A stretch of DNA of 64,000 bases, from the NCBI GenBank assembly GCA_000934665.2, contig KZ538476.1, positions 1 to 64,000 of the forward strand. The letters run 5' to 3'. Source of the stretch: Catajapyx aquilonaris (lineage: Eukaryota). The notes beneath the pieces are model-generated. The model was not told the origin of the DNA and did no database searches. It saw only the letters and a list, made by a program, of their open reading frames with translations. Shown piece after piece: positions 25,373-39,325 of the stretch. Numbering within the stretch: the stretch's first letter is position 1; each line of letters opens with the position of its first letter. The position numbers and the translations under genes were made by a program.

Positions 25373-25999
25373 TTACACGCGTTTAGATATCAAAACAACA
25401 ATTAGCAATAAATACAAGTAGGATAATATTAAACAATACATAGTAGAGTATTGTAACAATATATTTGTTGAGTTATTTTTTAATGTAATGTTTTAAAGAC
25501 CAGTCCCCGAATTACGTAGCTCCGACTTACGCAGATTCGGACTTAACGTAAAAAAAATCCGACATGCGCTACAAATCTACGGAACATGTAACGTAAAACG
25601 CCGTAAATTGCTAGAAAACGCGTTAAAATTTCGGCTTGTGTCAACTCTGACAAGCCCGCCGAGTTTCACTCCCTCACTCAGGTTACACGCGACAGTAATT
25701 TGCGACCCTCTTCAGAGCATCTCTGGGAACCCATTCCTATTCACAACGGCCTCAATTATTGGATAGGACAGTGACTCCAGCATCTACGCATAAAAGGTAC
25801 TCTATTATTATTTAGGTCATAATAAATTATATTCCAACAGGGGATGACGAGCCCGCTCATTACCTGAGACCGACTGTATTTGAAGACCTCAGGGGAAGAA
25901 CGACAAAGGTCTACTTTTTGTCAAAAATGAGTTACATATCTCAGAAGATACTGGTAGTTTCACTAGCGTAGAATATGATGGTTTGGTCGTGGTTATGGA

Positions 26000-26700
26000 G
26001 TAATGATCATAGTCCACTATGGAAGGCCCCGAAAGTGGGATTTACAATATAATATGGGCCTTCGAAGAAATTGCAATATCTAAGTTTCACATGAGGTGCA
26101 CCTTGATCGTTCTTGCCCCGAGGTCTTCATTTGGCCATAAAAAGGCAATATTGTATGGTTACTTTTCGCAACATCATGTCCTGTTCATGGTTGACAAGAA
26201 GTGCGGAACCCGTTGGGACATCATAGCCCAGACGGACAAATTCACGAAGAATAAAGTTCAAATCCGGTTCATGTAAATCATTTCCGGAAACGCCACGCTA
26301 CTATTTGGGCTCTGAATAGCATTAAAGTAGAGATGGATTCATTTATCACGTGCCATTATTTGGACTTAGTTCCAGGAGCTGAGCTATCTACTCTCTGGCC
26401 TCTTTTCAACCCAAAACCGCCCCATAGGATGCATAGGATAATTTTCAAGATACCTGGTGTAGGCGTATACAAGGTTTCTCAGAAATTATACTATCAGGAA
26501 CGGCTGCTTCTAACGTACGTCAATGTCAGCCTTCATTTTGACAGATTACTTCAGCCCTGCTATCTGGCGTTCAGTGGTGAAACAGTACTGTCTATGGGCG
26601 GGAATTTTACCTCACACCTTCAGATTTACATACGTCTTCCTGTTAATGAGAAAATATAGAGGCATGACTATAGGAGCGATATCATATTAGATTTTATGTT
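26000..26700 (+). mobile_element. Possible decayed CR1/L2-like LINE 3' region
   Basis: LYYQERL (~LSYEERL) and YLDLV...STLWP (~Y.SLVRP.LEY..VWSP) in ORF 26333-26659. Confidence 0.3.
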
Positions 26701-27199
26701 TATAGTCATCCATTACATTAGGAAATATTACGAAAAATATTCTAGGCCATGTTGTGTACATCTAATTTGGTATAGGAGGTAGAAAATATTACCAGCATGG
26801 AAATAACTTGTAATCCTACTTTTTTAAAGGTATAGGAACACTGATCAAGAATTAAGCTAGCAATATTAGAGCTCGGGATCAAGATTTACTCGCGAGTTCC
26901 TTTCACGTTTCATCCCTCCCTTCCTCCCCTGCCTCCCTCTCCGCGAATTGCTCACACCCGATGGAGATTCATATATCTTAGTCTATTCCCTGGTATCTTT
27001 TCATCAAAATCGGGAACTGGATATCATCCCCTCACGCTCTCATGGGATCATATATAGGCCATACTGGCTCAGTATAAAGGGTCTTCCCGCAGTGTCAGAT
27101 TAATTTCGACAAAAAAGGAAACCATTTTGAAACGGAGCTTTCTCATATACTGCACACACAACTTAAGACGCACTGCTCTACGTGTCTCATAACCAAGAT

Positions 27200-27770
27200 A
27201 ATAGCATTAGCAAGCAAACCAAGCGCAGAAAACCCGTCCACATTGTGATCAAGAGGATGAACATGGTTAATGTCGTAAATGGTTCCAAAAAGCTTTTGTG
27301 TACAGAGTGCTGCACCGTGACAAATAGGGTTGGTTCTCTTACCCTGGAGGGATTTCGTTGATTTTCCCTATGTAACATCATTTGACACTCGCTGGGGCGT
27401 CAAAACCACTATACGCAGGGGATATCTACCTAGGCAGAGAGGAATAGTCATCCATGTCCTTGATGCGCTCTTCAAAAGTCATGCAAATCATTAGGATGAC
27501 AGGGACAGCCCAACCGACAAACTCACATGTAACGGAGTTACAGGTACGACGTACTGTACCTACTTTATATTCCTGGCTCCAGCAATTGGATTTCTCAATG
27601 GGAGCCAGACTGGAAAGCGGACTACGCATATATAGTCGCGTTTATTCCATCTGTAGACCCATCTCTATAGATTCTGTTGTAGTTTGTGCATCAGCCCTAT
27701 TCTGTCCAGCTCATTATTACATAATACCACTTAGGGGTTTTCTGTCCACAAACTTTCACTTTGTCCAGCT
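27200..27770 (-). mobile_element. Possible decayed LINE RT remnant
   Basis: LDRIGLMHKL (~VDR.GLW.KL) followed by LGCPCHP (~QGCPLSP). Confidence 0.3.
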
Positions 27771-27810
27771 TGATCCACCGCTCTACCATTTATATTTCAC
27801 TTGTTTGAGG

Positions 27811-27990
27811 GAGGCATGGTGCTGTAGTGGATATCACCAAAGTCTTCCAGCACTAAGGTCCTGAGTTCAATCCCAGAATCGGGCAGATTTTCTCATAATG
27901 TGGAAAGGGTATTCGAGAGGTTCTCTCCGGATTCGTGCGGATTTTCTCGGGGTTCCTCTATCTCCCCCCACTAAAACCCATCATTATTGA
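27811..27990 (+). mobile_element. Degenerate tRNA-derived SINE
   Basis: A-box-like tggtgctgtagtgg, B-box-like gagttcaatccc, then core ggattttctcggggttcctc. Confidence 0.6.
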
Positions 27991-29115
27991 GCATATTAAG
28001 TCGGGAAATAACTCCAGCATCACACCAACATTACGTGGATTTACCTGTAATCTAACACTGTAAAAATTATCGAATTATTACAGCATACCCAAAAATTGTG
28101 TGATAGGAAAAATATCCTTCTGAACCATATTCTATATTAAAATAATGCCATTTAAAATTTTAAGCAGCATTAGACAACAGGCCTGCTGTGGCGTAGCACC
28201 GACTCTGCAATTTCTACTCCACGTTTTATCGAGAACAGCTGTAACTAATGATATCGAAAGGACATGAAAGTCGAGCGAGTGTAATCCAATTAAACATGTT
28301 CTCTCACAAGCATGGCCACCGCAAAGTCAAGGCAAAAGCGGTCCCCTTTTATCCGGATCAAGATATTCTTGGTTTTCTCTGAAGACGACACAAAGTTCCG
28401 GTGATGCCATCAGTCCACAAACGATTGAGTCGTCTCTAATCCTTCCTGGGGCCAGGTTCTAAAGAGCTGGCTTAGCTTTATCGCACAGTGTACACTGCTA
28501 AAATATCAATGAATCATCCAGGAGCTCACTTATTAACTCATAAGAGTAGATACATACATTCCGGGAATGAACACCGTTTATCCGGAAAATCTTTCCATCA
28601 TTCTAGGACACATAAGAGAGAGATTAGGGAATAAAACCAATGTATAATTTTTAGCTCCTGATATAGAGCTGATTGGGAGGATTTTATGCGAAAAGGAAAG
28701 AGCGACGGTTTACAAGGAGATTAGTTTTTTCTATTTAAAAAAAGACGGAATCGATAATTATAATCTTCTTGTGGAAATGTTAGTCATATAAATTAATCGC
28801 CCATTTCAAAACAATGAATTATTGACTGTAAGGATTATCCTGGTGGGCTAAGTAGTTTATGCCTTGTATACCCGAATGAATGTATTTTTCACTGTGGTAT
28901 CAGTTCAGACTCACCGAAATCGATTCCTACCCGCGCTTGTATATCAGGCTTGCTATTGGTCAGAATGTTTTCTTTTGGTCAAGTCCCTACGGCGACTTTG
29001 TGCATGCTTGTACAAGCGTTTGTGTTTTTCTTTCTTTATTAAGCTTTATTGACAGTACTGAATAATGGAAGTGGATAGCATTATTTTATCATTTCACCCC
29101 CATGCCTGAGCTATA

Positions 29116-29281
29116 CCCAGAGGCATAAGGTCCACCCACCACCTTATCTGAATGCAACCCACTCCGGATCACTCAGCATGATGAGTGTGATAAGAACTGT
29201 GTGCTACCATCGCAATGGGTGATCCGTAGTGGGCTGCATTCAGATAAAGCGGTAGGTGGGACCTGCCTTATACGCCTTGGG
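29116..29281. mobile_element. MITE with CCC...GGG ends (older relative ~57105-57330)
   Basis: cccagaggcataagg...ttatctgaatgc pairs with gcattcagataa...ccttatacgccttggg; same inner motif pair at ~57133 and ~57310. Confidence 0.75.
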
Positions 29282-32189
29282 AATGCGAATAAATCTCGAA
29301 TGTTTTTCATCCCACTTCCTGACTTACGCAGTGACCTCTTCATGATGGCAACCCATCACACCAAATCCTAGTTCTAGGGAGCAAGACTGCGGGGACTCAT
29401 CTCTGTCTTTCTCGCCCAACTCTCCTGTGATACCGGAGATGGATCTGAAATCAATGTCGTCTTGATGTTTGCGATCGCTTATTTTTCTTACTCGTTCTTT
29501 CCTGAACTATTTTCAGGGAGGTGGCCAAAGCTCGTAAAACTTCTAGACAGGAAGTAAAATAAAGGTACTGGAGAAGAAATGTGGTCCGAGACACGAGAGG
29601 AATGTGGGTGACAATAACAACACGTGCACTTGACTAGTTTGACTTGAGTTGAGGGAGAATAGAGGAAACTGCACAGTTTCCTGTTACCAAGTGGTATGAA
29701 GCTGCCAGTTGCTGGTATTATATGATTTAGGTATGAATATTTATGGAGAGATGCACCGAGGTGCCATGTATAAATCTGGGTGAATGTTCTCATGGGCTTG
29801 AGGAAGAACTTGGCGATGAATAGCTATATTTCTACAATAGAGTTGTTGGCATCCATGGTGTAAAGGAAAGGGCGTCATGCCAACTTTGCAGTGGACAATG
29901 CTTGTTAATTCCCTCGACCATCTTTACATTTCATCTAGCATAGTACAAGCTTACTCGTGGCTTTTACTTTTTTTGTAAGCTGAACTTAGATTGTTAAGAG
30001 CAAGCAATTCAGAAATGTTGGTTGTTTTTGTGTCGGTAACACTTACGTAAATGAATGGCACTTCGCACTTGACTGTAATAGACCTTCCCATCGTAGACTC
30101 CATGCTGACTTTTTTTTTACGAGCATAAATAACTTGCTCGAAAGTGGGTCGTTTCGGAAGGAAACGGAGAGTTTATAACATAGACCATTTTGGTACACTG
30201 CGCCCTCTTAGTTCAAATGTGTAGCCTATTACTTGGAAAGAGCTTTGATTATATACCCAGCCAAGAACATTGTACACCTCAAGTCACTGTCACTCTTTAA
30301 ATACTTATACCTACATAGTTATATATTTACACTGTGATGTTTCAAAAATTCTCATACATAACTATTACCATGTAATTATTATGTTATTTGGGTTTAGGCA
30401 TGGGAAAATTATTCAGAACTTCCACGTTAAGACTAGGTCGCAAGGAGATTACAAATGAGCAAAGGGAGTGCTTGACAGCAAAAAAAGTGCTCATTCACAA
30501 AATCATCCGTTTACACATTATGACGTATAAAATGTTAAGCCTCTTAAATTGTTCAATAGAACAAGTGCTCTAGTATGACAGATTCCGTTTTATATCGTTA
30601 AGGAAGTTTATGATCACTTTGCGACCATAAAATGTGAAACGTGCGGCCATACCAGGTCGAAATAAGCCTCTGGGAGTAAAAATATTCAGTTGGAAATGGA
30701 ATTTCCTGCCGCGTTAGAAGACACTACCGCCAGGTAAGGTGGCTGGTACATCGCAATATAGGCATTATACCTCATTTTTGATCCTATTTATAGCAACAAT
30801 AATGATACATTGCAAAATGTGAAACATAAATATTTGACTTGTTTACATGCTATTGAAGACAGAGAATCCTGGCTTTCTGGCTTCTTATGAATTTTCAGGA
30901 CTAAATGACCTTCACCTCTACAGAGCAGAATTTTTTTTACTTGGGGATTGCAAATAACTCAAAACCGCCAAAATTGGAGCGTTTCACTTGTATCCTATAG
31001 TAATTTTTGTCGAGTACAAAAATCATTCCCGTGGAAACAAACTTTTGCTAATGGTCACATTTTGACATGAAGCTGACTGATGCCTTGTCCGAATTTGATT
31101 CGCGAACCCTGCAGCTGGACATGCCCATTGTGAATCATGCCATTTTTTTCCGGAGGAAACACAACATTTCGATATTTTGATGCTACTGTAATATGCTGTT
31201 ATTATGAAGTCCTCATTCATTTTCTTCTGACCCCACCTTCTCATTAAAATAAAACCTACAAGCTGGAAGTTAGAACCGAGCTTAGCTTTCATAGGCACCA
31301 TCACATTCCATTTATACGTATGTCTCAGTTTAATTTTTTTTTTTGGTCTTTTCTAAAACTCTTTCTTGAAGAAGCTTCTTATTTTAATAGAAGCTCCCTA
31401 AATGACTTTCCACTCAACCTGGCTTTTAGGAAGGTTTTATAGACAAAAGACGACTTTCCACAAGCAAAACCACCTTCAGGCATTACCACAAACCGCAAGT
31501 GCAGAAAGGCGCAGCAAAATTTTATGTCGCTTGAGCTCCTTTCATGAAATTGTGAGGGGCACCAAAGTCTTTGAACCATGAAAGCTTAGCGTCAAGAGGA
31601 CTTGCCTGCAGATCCAAACTTTTAAGCACAAGTATTATCAGTCGATTTCTTGATCCTCCAATAGCTATAGAGATGTTTTCCTTCTGACTGAGTAAGGTGT
31701 CTTTATGGATAATTCTCTGTCACCATTAGTCTATTGGACAGATTCAGCCTGGAACTTAAGGACATAGTATCGTAACTAGTGAATATTTTACAAGTGGCTA
31801 AATATTAATTAGCTTATGGTCAGTTCAGTTCCGTTGGGTTTGAGCAGCCCAACCTAGGAGGAGAATGTTTACATGGTCCAAATTACAACAACTCACCTGT
31901 GATTTATATCCTAGGATATACATGTCTGCGGATAAAGCTACATAGTGCGGCATGTCCGAAAATATCGATCATCATTGATGGTGCCAAGAGAGAAAAATGG
32001 ACCTCGGGGGTCGAAACATACATGATATACCATATACCCCGACGTTTGCCAAAGTGCAGGCCGATGTTCTCGTCCATTTGAGCCAATCATTTTACACCCA
32101 TTCATCCTATAAGTCCGTCCTACCCACAAACTTATGTGAAAACCACCACATACCGAAACCAAAATGCTCATATTATACTTTTTCGAAGA

Positions 32190-32490
32190 AAGAAGTCTTA
32201 TAGAAAGGCTCGGTCTGTCTGTCTGTCGACAGGTATCAGACAGACAGAGCCGTGCTATAAGACTTTTTTCGAGCCACCTGGCAGCCCCCTCCCCCTGACC
32301 GCCCATTCCCTCAAGACCAGACAGACAGAGCCGTGCTATAAGACCTTTTTTCGATTTTCGGGTTCCGGGTTCACTCTATCCGCCCCTTCCCCCTGACTGC
32401 TCCCTCCCCCCCACCACCCCCTCCCCCTGACCGCCAATTCTACCCAGACCGTCCCTTTCCCCCAGATCACCCTTTCCCCCCTCCCTGTCC
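32190..32490. mobile_element. Degenerate relative of the 1559-2128 foldback element with an internal duplication
   Basis: ggctcggtctgtctgtctgtcgacaggtatca matches the reverse complement of ~1838-1875; cagacagacagagccgtgctataagac occurs twice (~32237, ~32318). Confidence 0.6.
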
Positions 32491-32588
32491 CATGACTGAC
32501 GTTAGGGACAATGGCAGTAAACACGAAAAAGTCTACTCTAATTACTCTCACGTGATTTTCCAATCGTGTTGTTAATCTTATGACCACA

Positions 32589-33110
32589 CTAGCTGCGGCA
32601 CCTGGCGTTTCCCGGAAAGAAATGAATGAAGGGAAAACACCTGCCAGTAGCCCCGTCAACTGTCTGTCTTTCTGTGTGTCCGCCCACCAAGGCCATCTGT
32701 GGTCCTGCTACTCCCAACACCTTCAACCTCTCCCGCCTGTATAACGGCAACCGTCATTTGCCTGCCATCTGTAGTCAACCCCCAAGACCTCCATCCTTTC
32801 CCGGCCTGGGGGTGGAGCACAGATGGTAGGCAAATGACGGTTGGCAGGCGGACAGACAGACAGACAGACAGACAGACTCACAAACGGCTTTATTTATACA
32901 GGGTGGTCCAAGTTCAAGTGTCGTTTTATAACGGCGATTAATAGAAGCGCTTAACGATGACGTAGCAGCGACGCGTAAAATGTCCCACTTCGGCGCATCT
33001 TCGGCGCAATCGAAGTGGGCAATTTTACACGTCGCTGCTACGTCATCGTTAAGCGCTTCTATTAATCGCCGTTATAAAACGACACTTGAACTAGGACCAC
33101 CCTGTATAGA
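32589..33110 (-). mobile_element. Non-autonomous Helitron, copy 2 (interrupted by a MITE)
   Basis: Reverse complement of the 16581 element; CTAG end at 32589-32592; 5' TCTATA split by the MITE. Confidence 0.9.
32899..33104. mobile_element. Tc1/mariner-type MITE, second copy of 4103-4309
   Basis: Same TIRs and TA flanks. Confidence 0.95.
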
Positions 33111-34189
33111 AGATATTCGACTTTTGCCTTCGAGGATCACTCCTGACCCCTAGAATCACTGTCCCATTAGACTATCCTCGCTCCAGGCTGTCTCACGACT
33201 GCCTACAACCTGTAGCCTCCCCACCAGGTCCATCACTTATCCCCGCCAGCGCCATCTATAGTTCGGGGGGGGGGGGGGGTCNGGTCACAATGCATATTTT
33301 TGGACTTGGATTTAAAATTTTTGCTTACGTTCCTAGTTATCTCTCTAGGAAGAAAACAGGTGCAGTCGACGTGTATAGCTGGGGTGTTGTAGACCGCGCT
33401 GTTGACGAGCCTCGGAAATGTATTGTCTGAAGTTTGGATGTTTAGTATTGATTAGTTTCCGAAGCTCGGCAAAAGGTGGTAGAACTGAATTATGAGTCGG
33501 TGCTGTCGCCTTTTAAAGTCGGCCGCTTAACAGAGTAGCTTCCGGTTGCCAAAATGGGCCCGGGTGAAAAATAAGAAGGTAATGATTTATGCTTTCCGCA
33601 AATTTACTTCCGGGGATAGGGCGATGTTGCCGAACTGTCAAACTTGATTTTCAAACCGAAATATCCTTATCACGAAAAGGAGAGGAAAATGAAGAGTTGT
33701 GAGGCTCCAAGATTGGCTTCGCTCCAAATAACTTTCCTGAAGATTGACTGAACATCCCTGGCCCCCCTGACATAACTTTGGGATGGCGTCCGACATCCAC
33801 AGGATATTCGTTCGCATTTGATCTAGCCTCATCATCTTGCCTTTTCAACTTGTTTGTGGCCACTGGAATACCATTTTTGACGACTAACTCCCCCCCCCCC
33901 CCACCCTTCCTAACCCCTACGTCTTTAAGGTGCAGGGCTTGGAATCAACAGAGAGGAGGTTTTCGCTTTTGGACCGAGCGTAAATCAAATTATACCGGGG
34001 AGCACACTCAATTGAACGCCTCAATCTTTCAAGTTCCCTGCAGTACAGCGTGCTACTTAGGGTTCAAAGTTTTATTTTTTGGGGGACGATTGCAACGTTG
34101 GAGATGGTGCATTGCACGAGTGCCATCTGTAGTCGCCATGGGATTTCTGGGATTAAGCAGAAATGCCAGAAGCAAAATGGAACCCGACA

Positions 34190-34230
34190 TACTACGTGGG
34201 TATGACGTATTACGTCATACCCACGTAGTA
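34190..34230. repeat. Perfect palindrome, 20-bp arms and 1-nt spacer
   Basis: tactacgtgggtatgacgta-t-tacgtcatacccacgtagta. Confidence 0.95.
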
Positions 34231-34398
34231 CAAATTTTCTGCTTGGCATCAGTACATTTCTCCAAGGGACGAGGTCAGTTCTGAATATGGTGACTATGGG
34301 GCACTGTACCATCCCATTATATTCTTTCTGTCAACACTGAAAATATTATTTTTACTACTTTATATTGATTGTGGGGCAACAAATTACTATAATAAGTA

Positions 34399-34788
34399 CT
34401 ATGGGGCACTTTATCCTGGTCTTGAAGCAACCCTACGCACAGGCCACACGTTGAGCAGGTGTACCGGTCTTCAATAAGCTGTGGGACCGGAAGTAGTTGT
34501 TTTTACTGTAACTGTGGGGACTTTCACTCATCTGTGGGGACATTTTCCCCACTTGCGGGGACGTTTACGGTCCCCACAAGAAAATGGCGGGTTTGCTTTT
34601 GCAGTAGTCCCCACTATTTCCAGTTGGAGGGTTTTAGAAAAGTCCAATTTTCTCAGCCTAGGTTAGGTTAGTTTAGTTTACACTAGCTTTGAAAAGTTCA
34701 CGTCCTCACAGCCACAGGGAGTGAGTGAGTGTGTGAAGGGTTGCTTCAAAACCAGGATAAAGTGGCCAAAACAATTTGAGCCCCATAG
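34399..34788. mobile_element. TA-flanked MITE (family shared with 55138-55698) carrying a nested element
   Basis: cactttatcctggtcttgaagcaaccct pairs with agggttgcttcaaaaccaggataaagtg; termini TA|CTATGGGG...CCCCATAG|TA. Confidence 0.85.
34471..34712 (+). mobile_element. GGTTA-repeat non-autonomous element, copy 1
   Basis: Aligns with 51903-52178; gtggggac motifs, taggttaggttag tract, inverted ends gctgtgggac/gtcctcacagc. Confidence 0.8.
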
Positions 34789-36629
34789 TACGTGACAAAC
34801 TGCTGGACAGTTGTTGCAGACACTTGGTCTGGCAAAGGTATTTTACATCCCTCTAATTGGATTTCACCAGGTGCGATAAAGCTGCTACGAATCGGAGCAC
34901 CTGTAACGTCATGATGGATCCAAATATAGGAAAATAAATTGAAATAACTCTGCCAGAAACTGTCACGTCATATAACTTTTTCTGCAAGCTTTTTCATCCT
35001 ATAGTCCCTAAAGTAAATGTTGGGAATGGTGTCTCAAAGGCACCATATACCCACCTGTAGCGGAACATCTCCGTTTCTGCCTGGATGTACCGCACAGCTC
35101 TCATATATTCGAAACCATTTTCGCTGGATGCCAGCTTCTTGAATTCGGGCTCAACTTGAGTGGTATACACCTGGGATATCCTGCCAGCCTAGCTTCCCAC
35201 CCATGAATTATATTAGATAGCTGCAAAATATATGGCTGACGAATTTAAAGCAAGGCACAAATCATTGACAAATTGGAACACATTTTGACTCTAGGAACAC
35301 GTGGTGCATAACTATCACTGCAAGTAACTGAGAAACTACCTGCTTATGTACTAATGCTTCAGGCTAGATTAGCAATATTGATTTCGCACCTGCTATGGAG
35401 TATCCTAGCAACAGATGAATGGGCGCTTACACTTGCAATGAAATGATTCAGTCAGCCCGGTTTGAAGTGAGCACACGGTATATCTCCGACGAGAACAGGC
35501 TGAATGTGAATTGACGCTTGAAGGAGTCCGCAAGCGGGAAATGATGCGGAAAATAATTGATTGTGCTCCACCTAAATTAGTATAGGGAAGAGGAAATCTT
35601 GGGCTGCCGGAAAGGAAGGAAAAGAAGGAATCAACCCATTCACTGATGTAACTCCATTTTTGGAGCAGTCTTCAAGTTGCGTCATACACGATCCTCGCAT
35701 TATTTGATTTCAGGATTAATCAGGAGGTTAATAGTAGTTCCTTATACTTAACTTATGCGCTGTCACCATCTACTGGTCTTCTACTTGAACTAATCACTGA
35801 TAGTGACATTTGTTGTCACAAAAATTAACCTGGAGTGAAATGGATTAACCCTAATTTGGACTCGCAGCACTGCCATTTACACAGCGGACGAACTGTATGA
35901 ATGGCTCCAATCCCTGACTCTGATTAAATGTCAGGTTACCGGTAGCGGCGAATGCCATCGAGATTCAGATGTTGAGCAATGCGAGTGAAACGAACAATGG
36001 AGCACGGATCTCCACGTTTAATCGTGCATCCATGATGGACACTTCAGGCACCTAGTGCAGGCAACACCTCGCCTGAAGGCCTCTTTAAATAGTTGAAGCG
36101 GTACGAAAAACGAAACTGCAAATTTTCGTACAGGCATTTCCATTGGCATAGTTGTTCCTTACACCTAAATGGTCCATTTGACCTGTGGTTTTCTTGATTT
36201 CATTCCTTAGGAATCAATATGGCGGCTATTTGTACTAAATCGGTATTTGTAACCGGAAATTGACGGTTGGGGAGTCATTTCCAGGCAATATGAAGTCACC
36301 GAAGCTGACTATTATGTCAGAATGCAGTTTGAACACGTTTGAAAGCCATTTTAACGAAAATGTTCAATTTTGAACCATAGATTGGAACAGTGCATGATTA
36401 ATTAAATCATTAACAATGTCGCAAAATATTCGTGTTACAATATTTTAAAAAAACTGAATCCTCAAATGACCATATTAGTAGGATTATTTCGGACATTATT
36501 TTTGTTAACGTGTTTTGCTGCACATCCAAAACCTAATAGCTGACAATGCCATGTTGGTACTAATTGATATGTGGACACATTTCAAATTGGGCCAATATGG
36601 CATTGTCAGCTACTGTGTTTTTGAACTGT

Positions 36630-36860
36630 GGAGTCGAATGGTTTAGACCACAACTACACAATATCTGCATGTGGTTCGATTCTCAGATCAGGAGGGGATT
36701 TCCTTATGTATGGGAAGTCTCGATCGCGTCCAATTTCTTCATACTTTCAAAATGTATCATTATTGAGATATAAATAATAAAATTGGGCCAGAATAGGTGA
36801 TCCCCTGAGAGGCCCCAAGACGATCATCATCATCATCGTCATCATCATCGTCATCATTGT
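36630..36860 (+). mobile_element. Degenerate SINE with (CAT)n tail
   Basis: B-box-like ggttcgattctc at ~36672; (CAT)n at ~36823-36857. Confidence 0.45.
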
Positions 36861-37093
36861 TGTTGTTATTATTCGTCCCGGCTACGTTATTGTGTTTGCG
36901 TGTGTCGATGGCTTGATGCCAATAGTTGTAAACCTTATGGACGTTCCATCATACAAGGCATATGAAGTGTTCAATAACAGCCATCCATACAAAAGTTATT
37001 GGAGTAGCAGGAGTAGTTGCGGCGGAGGAGCTGCCTCAAATAACTTCTGATTGATATTGTTGGAATATCGTCTACAGTCGAGAAGTTCTCATG

Positions 37094-37458
37094 TATATAA
37101 TAATAATATTATAATAATTGTGGGTAGTGCTTCTGACCCCTTGGGTACAAGCACTTTGACCTTTATTTTTTTCATTTTTATTGATCGGTGTTACATTTTG
37201 GTGCCTATTCATTTGAATCGCCCGGGCCCACGGGCAGGATGACAGGAGGGGATGTGCAATGTGCAGTGCAACGTTTCCAAGATGATACATAATTTGTGAA
37301 CTCCCCCGGGTGGATATGTCATGCGGAAATTCCACCCGAGAAGAAGCCAGAGACGACCCAACTCTGCACGAGATGAAGGGGGTGTCCCCGGGCTGGGATC
37401 GACCCCGGGACCTTAACATCCGTGCGCGCATACGTTACCGCAGCGCCACTCCTCTCCC
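37094..37458 (-). mobile_element. SINE family C (tRNA-derived head)
   Basis: A-box tggcgctgcgg, B-box ggggtcgatccc, 3' hairpin gtgctt...aagcac, AT-rich tail; ttctcatg at 37086-37093 and 37459-37466. Confidence 0.8.
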
Positions 37459-37879
37459 TTCTCATGCTTTATAGCAGGTGGTGGTTATTCTAATAACTCT
37501 ATTCGTCTGGTAGAAAAATACATATGCATTGACACCTGCATCTATAGTTCCCGGATGTATAGTTTTCCCGGATCCATCGTCAAATTCCTAGGGTCCCAAA
37601 ATAGATCATATTTAAACTATGGAATAATTAGAGTGGTATGAAAGTACTCCTGGAAGTAGCTGGAAGATTAAAAACCCGTATTTTGGTATACGTTCTGTAC
37701 GTACAATATTTTCTGTTTCAAGAAAACACACACCATCCATCTACATTCTACAGCTGCCTGCACTCAAAAAAATATCTAATTCAAGCTCGCAATCATAAAA
37801 GCCTAAAACCCTGCGGTAATAAGAACGTTCACCCATTCATTATTTGTTGGCATTTCTTATGCAGGTATCTGACGAAACA

Positions 37880-38200
37880 AAATCATTACGACAAGTTTGG
37901 AAAGCCTCACTGTAGTGCCTCGAAGCTCTTTCCCTTGGTTTCGCTCCTCATTTTTATCTCGTAGATATTTTTCTTAGTTTTCCGCTTTGCTTCTCCTTCT
38001 CCCTCGAGCGAATCATACGGTTGAGATGGTCCATGGTGACCACCGTAAACAAGCATATTCATGACCATCCGAGTAATCGCCTGTCTCCGGTACGAAAAAA
38101 AAAACTCCAGCACCAACCAAGCGTCCAACCATTCATCTCTGCACGCCATTCAAATCAAACCAGCCTCTTCTTAATTAACGAATGGCGAAGCAAGAGACGC
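37880..38200 (-). mobile_element. Decayed RTE-like LINE 3' end
   Basis: LEGEGEAKRKTKKNIYEI...GKSFEAL resembles EG.RGRGRPRK.Y.EQI...SY.EL. Confidence 0.35.
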
Positions 38201-39325
38201 GAAAGAAGACGTCCGCTTAAGTCCTACTAAGCCAGTTTTTTTTATTCCATTAGGAACCCACGACATAGTGAAAAATGGTCCTTTTGTCCACACAACTTGA
38301 GATTCAGATTGTCCGAAATCTTAAGGTCCAAAAGCTTTCGATCCGATTACAAGTGTACCCGGTCCCCATAGTTAGAACATTGGTCACTTTGGTCCTGCCT
38401 TAGCCGGTCTTCATCAGCATTACAGGGTTTATCGTAACAAGAGTTGGGACATTTGGTGGGGGACTGGCTGGCTATTCGGAGTCAATATATCCTTGATTGC
38501 TTGCATTGTTAGTGTTTGTGATTGGTTGAATTGGTTGAAACTGTTCAAAAGCTGGTAGTGATAGAAGCTTTCAGGCAGAGGCATTCAACATCAGCTCATT
38601 AAAATTATGTTGTACGTACAGTTCTGTGCTACCGGTACTGGTATTTCATGGCTGGAGGAGTGCAGTTTGGAAGCTATTCAAACCTAAATTTACAAGACAG
38701 TCTTACCTGCAAAACTGCGTTCCAGATGAAAATTATATTGACAGTACAGTACAATACAGTCATATTACATTATGGAATTATTTGTCGCTTCGCCTATCAG
38801 GAGAAAGGATTAGCACTCATGTGACTGGGCCATCGGAACTAGGGAGGAACAACGTTAATGGGATTAATTTTAGGCCTTTGTACAGGTGACGGAAAATACT
38901 TTTCCAACTAATATGACTATTTATTGACACTAAGCTGTTTATTTTAAGCAGTTACTTTTCAGTTGTTTTAATAGTTATCAAAAGTATTAGCTGCTAATAT
39001 AATGCTGAACTGAATCAGCCAATCAACCTTTGAATTGCAATGAATTGCCGTGTGAGAATGGCCCATTTGAACAATGGGCAACTCATGTCAGTGACAGAAG
39101 CACAGAACCCACTTTGTGCATACCAGACCCCTTGCAGGCTACTACTGAAAACATGGGTAGCCAACACGTGACCTAATATTGGCAGATAATAATAATAATG
39201 ATAATATAATAACCATCAAAAGTAGCTATGCAAGAGTACCTGTTAAGAGTAAGCCGCTTAGTTCTAACAATAATTGCAATAACAACCAGGCAAGTATTTT
39301 GAATCACCATGTACGACACCAGGTA

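Noticed and set aside
34900..35640. Possible plus-strand LINE fossil (similar hint at ~46400-47400)
   Set aside because: Motif resemblance too weak to list as a feature.
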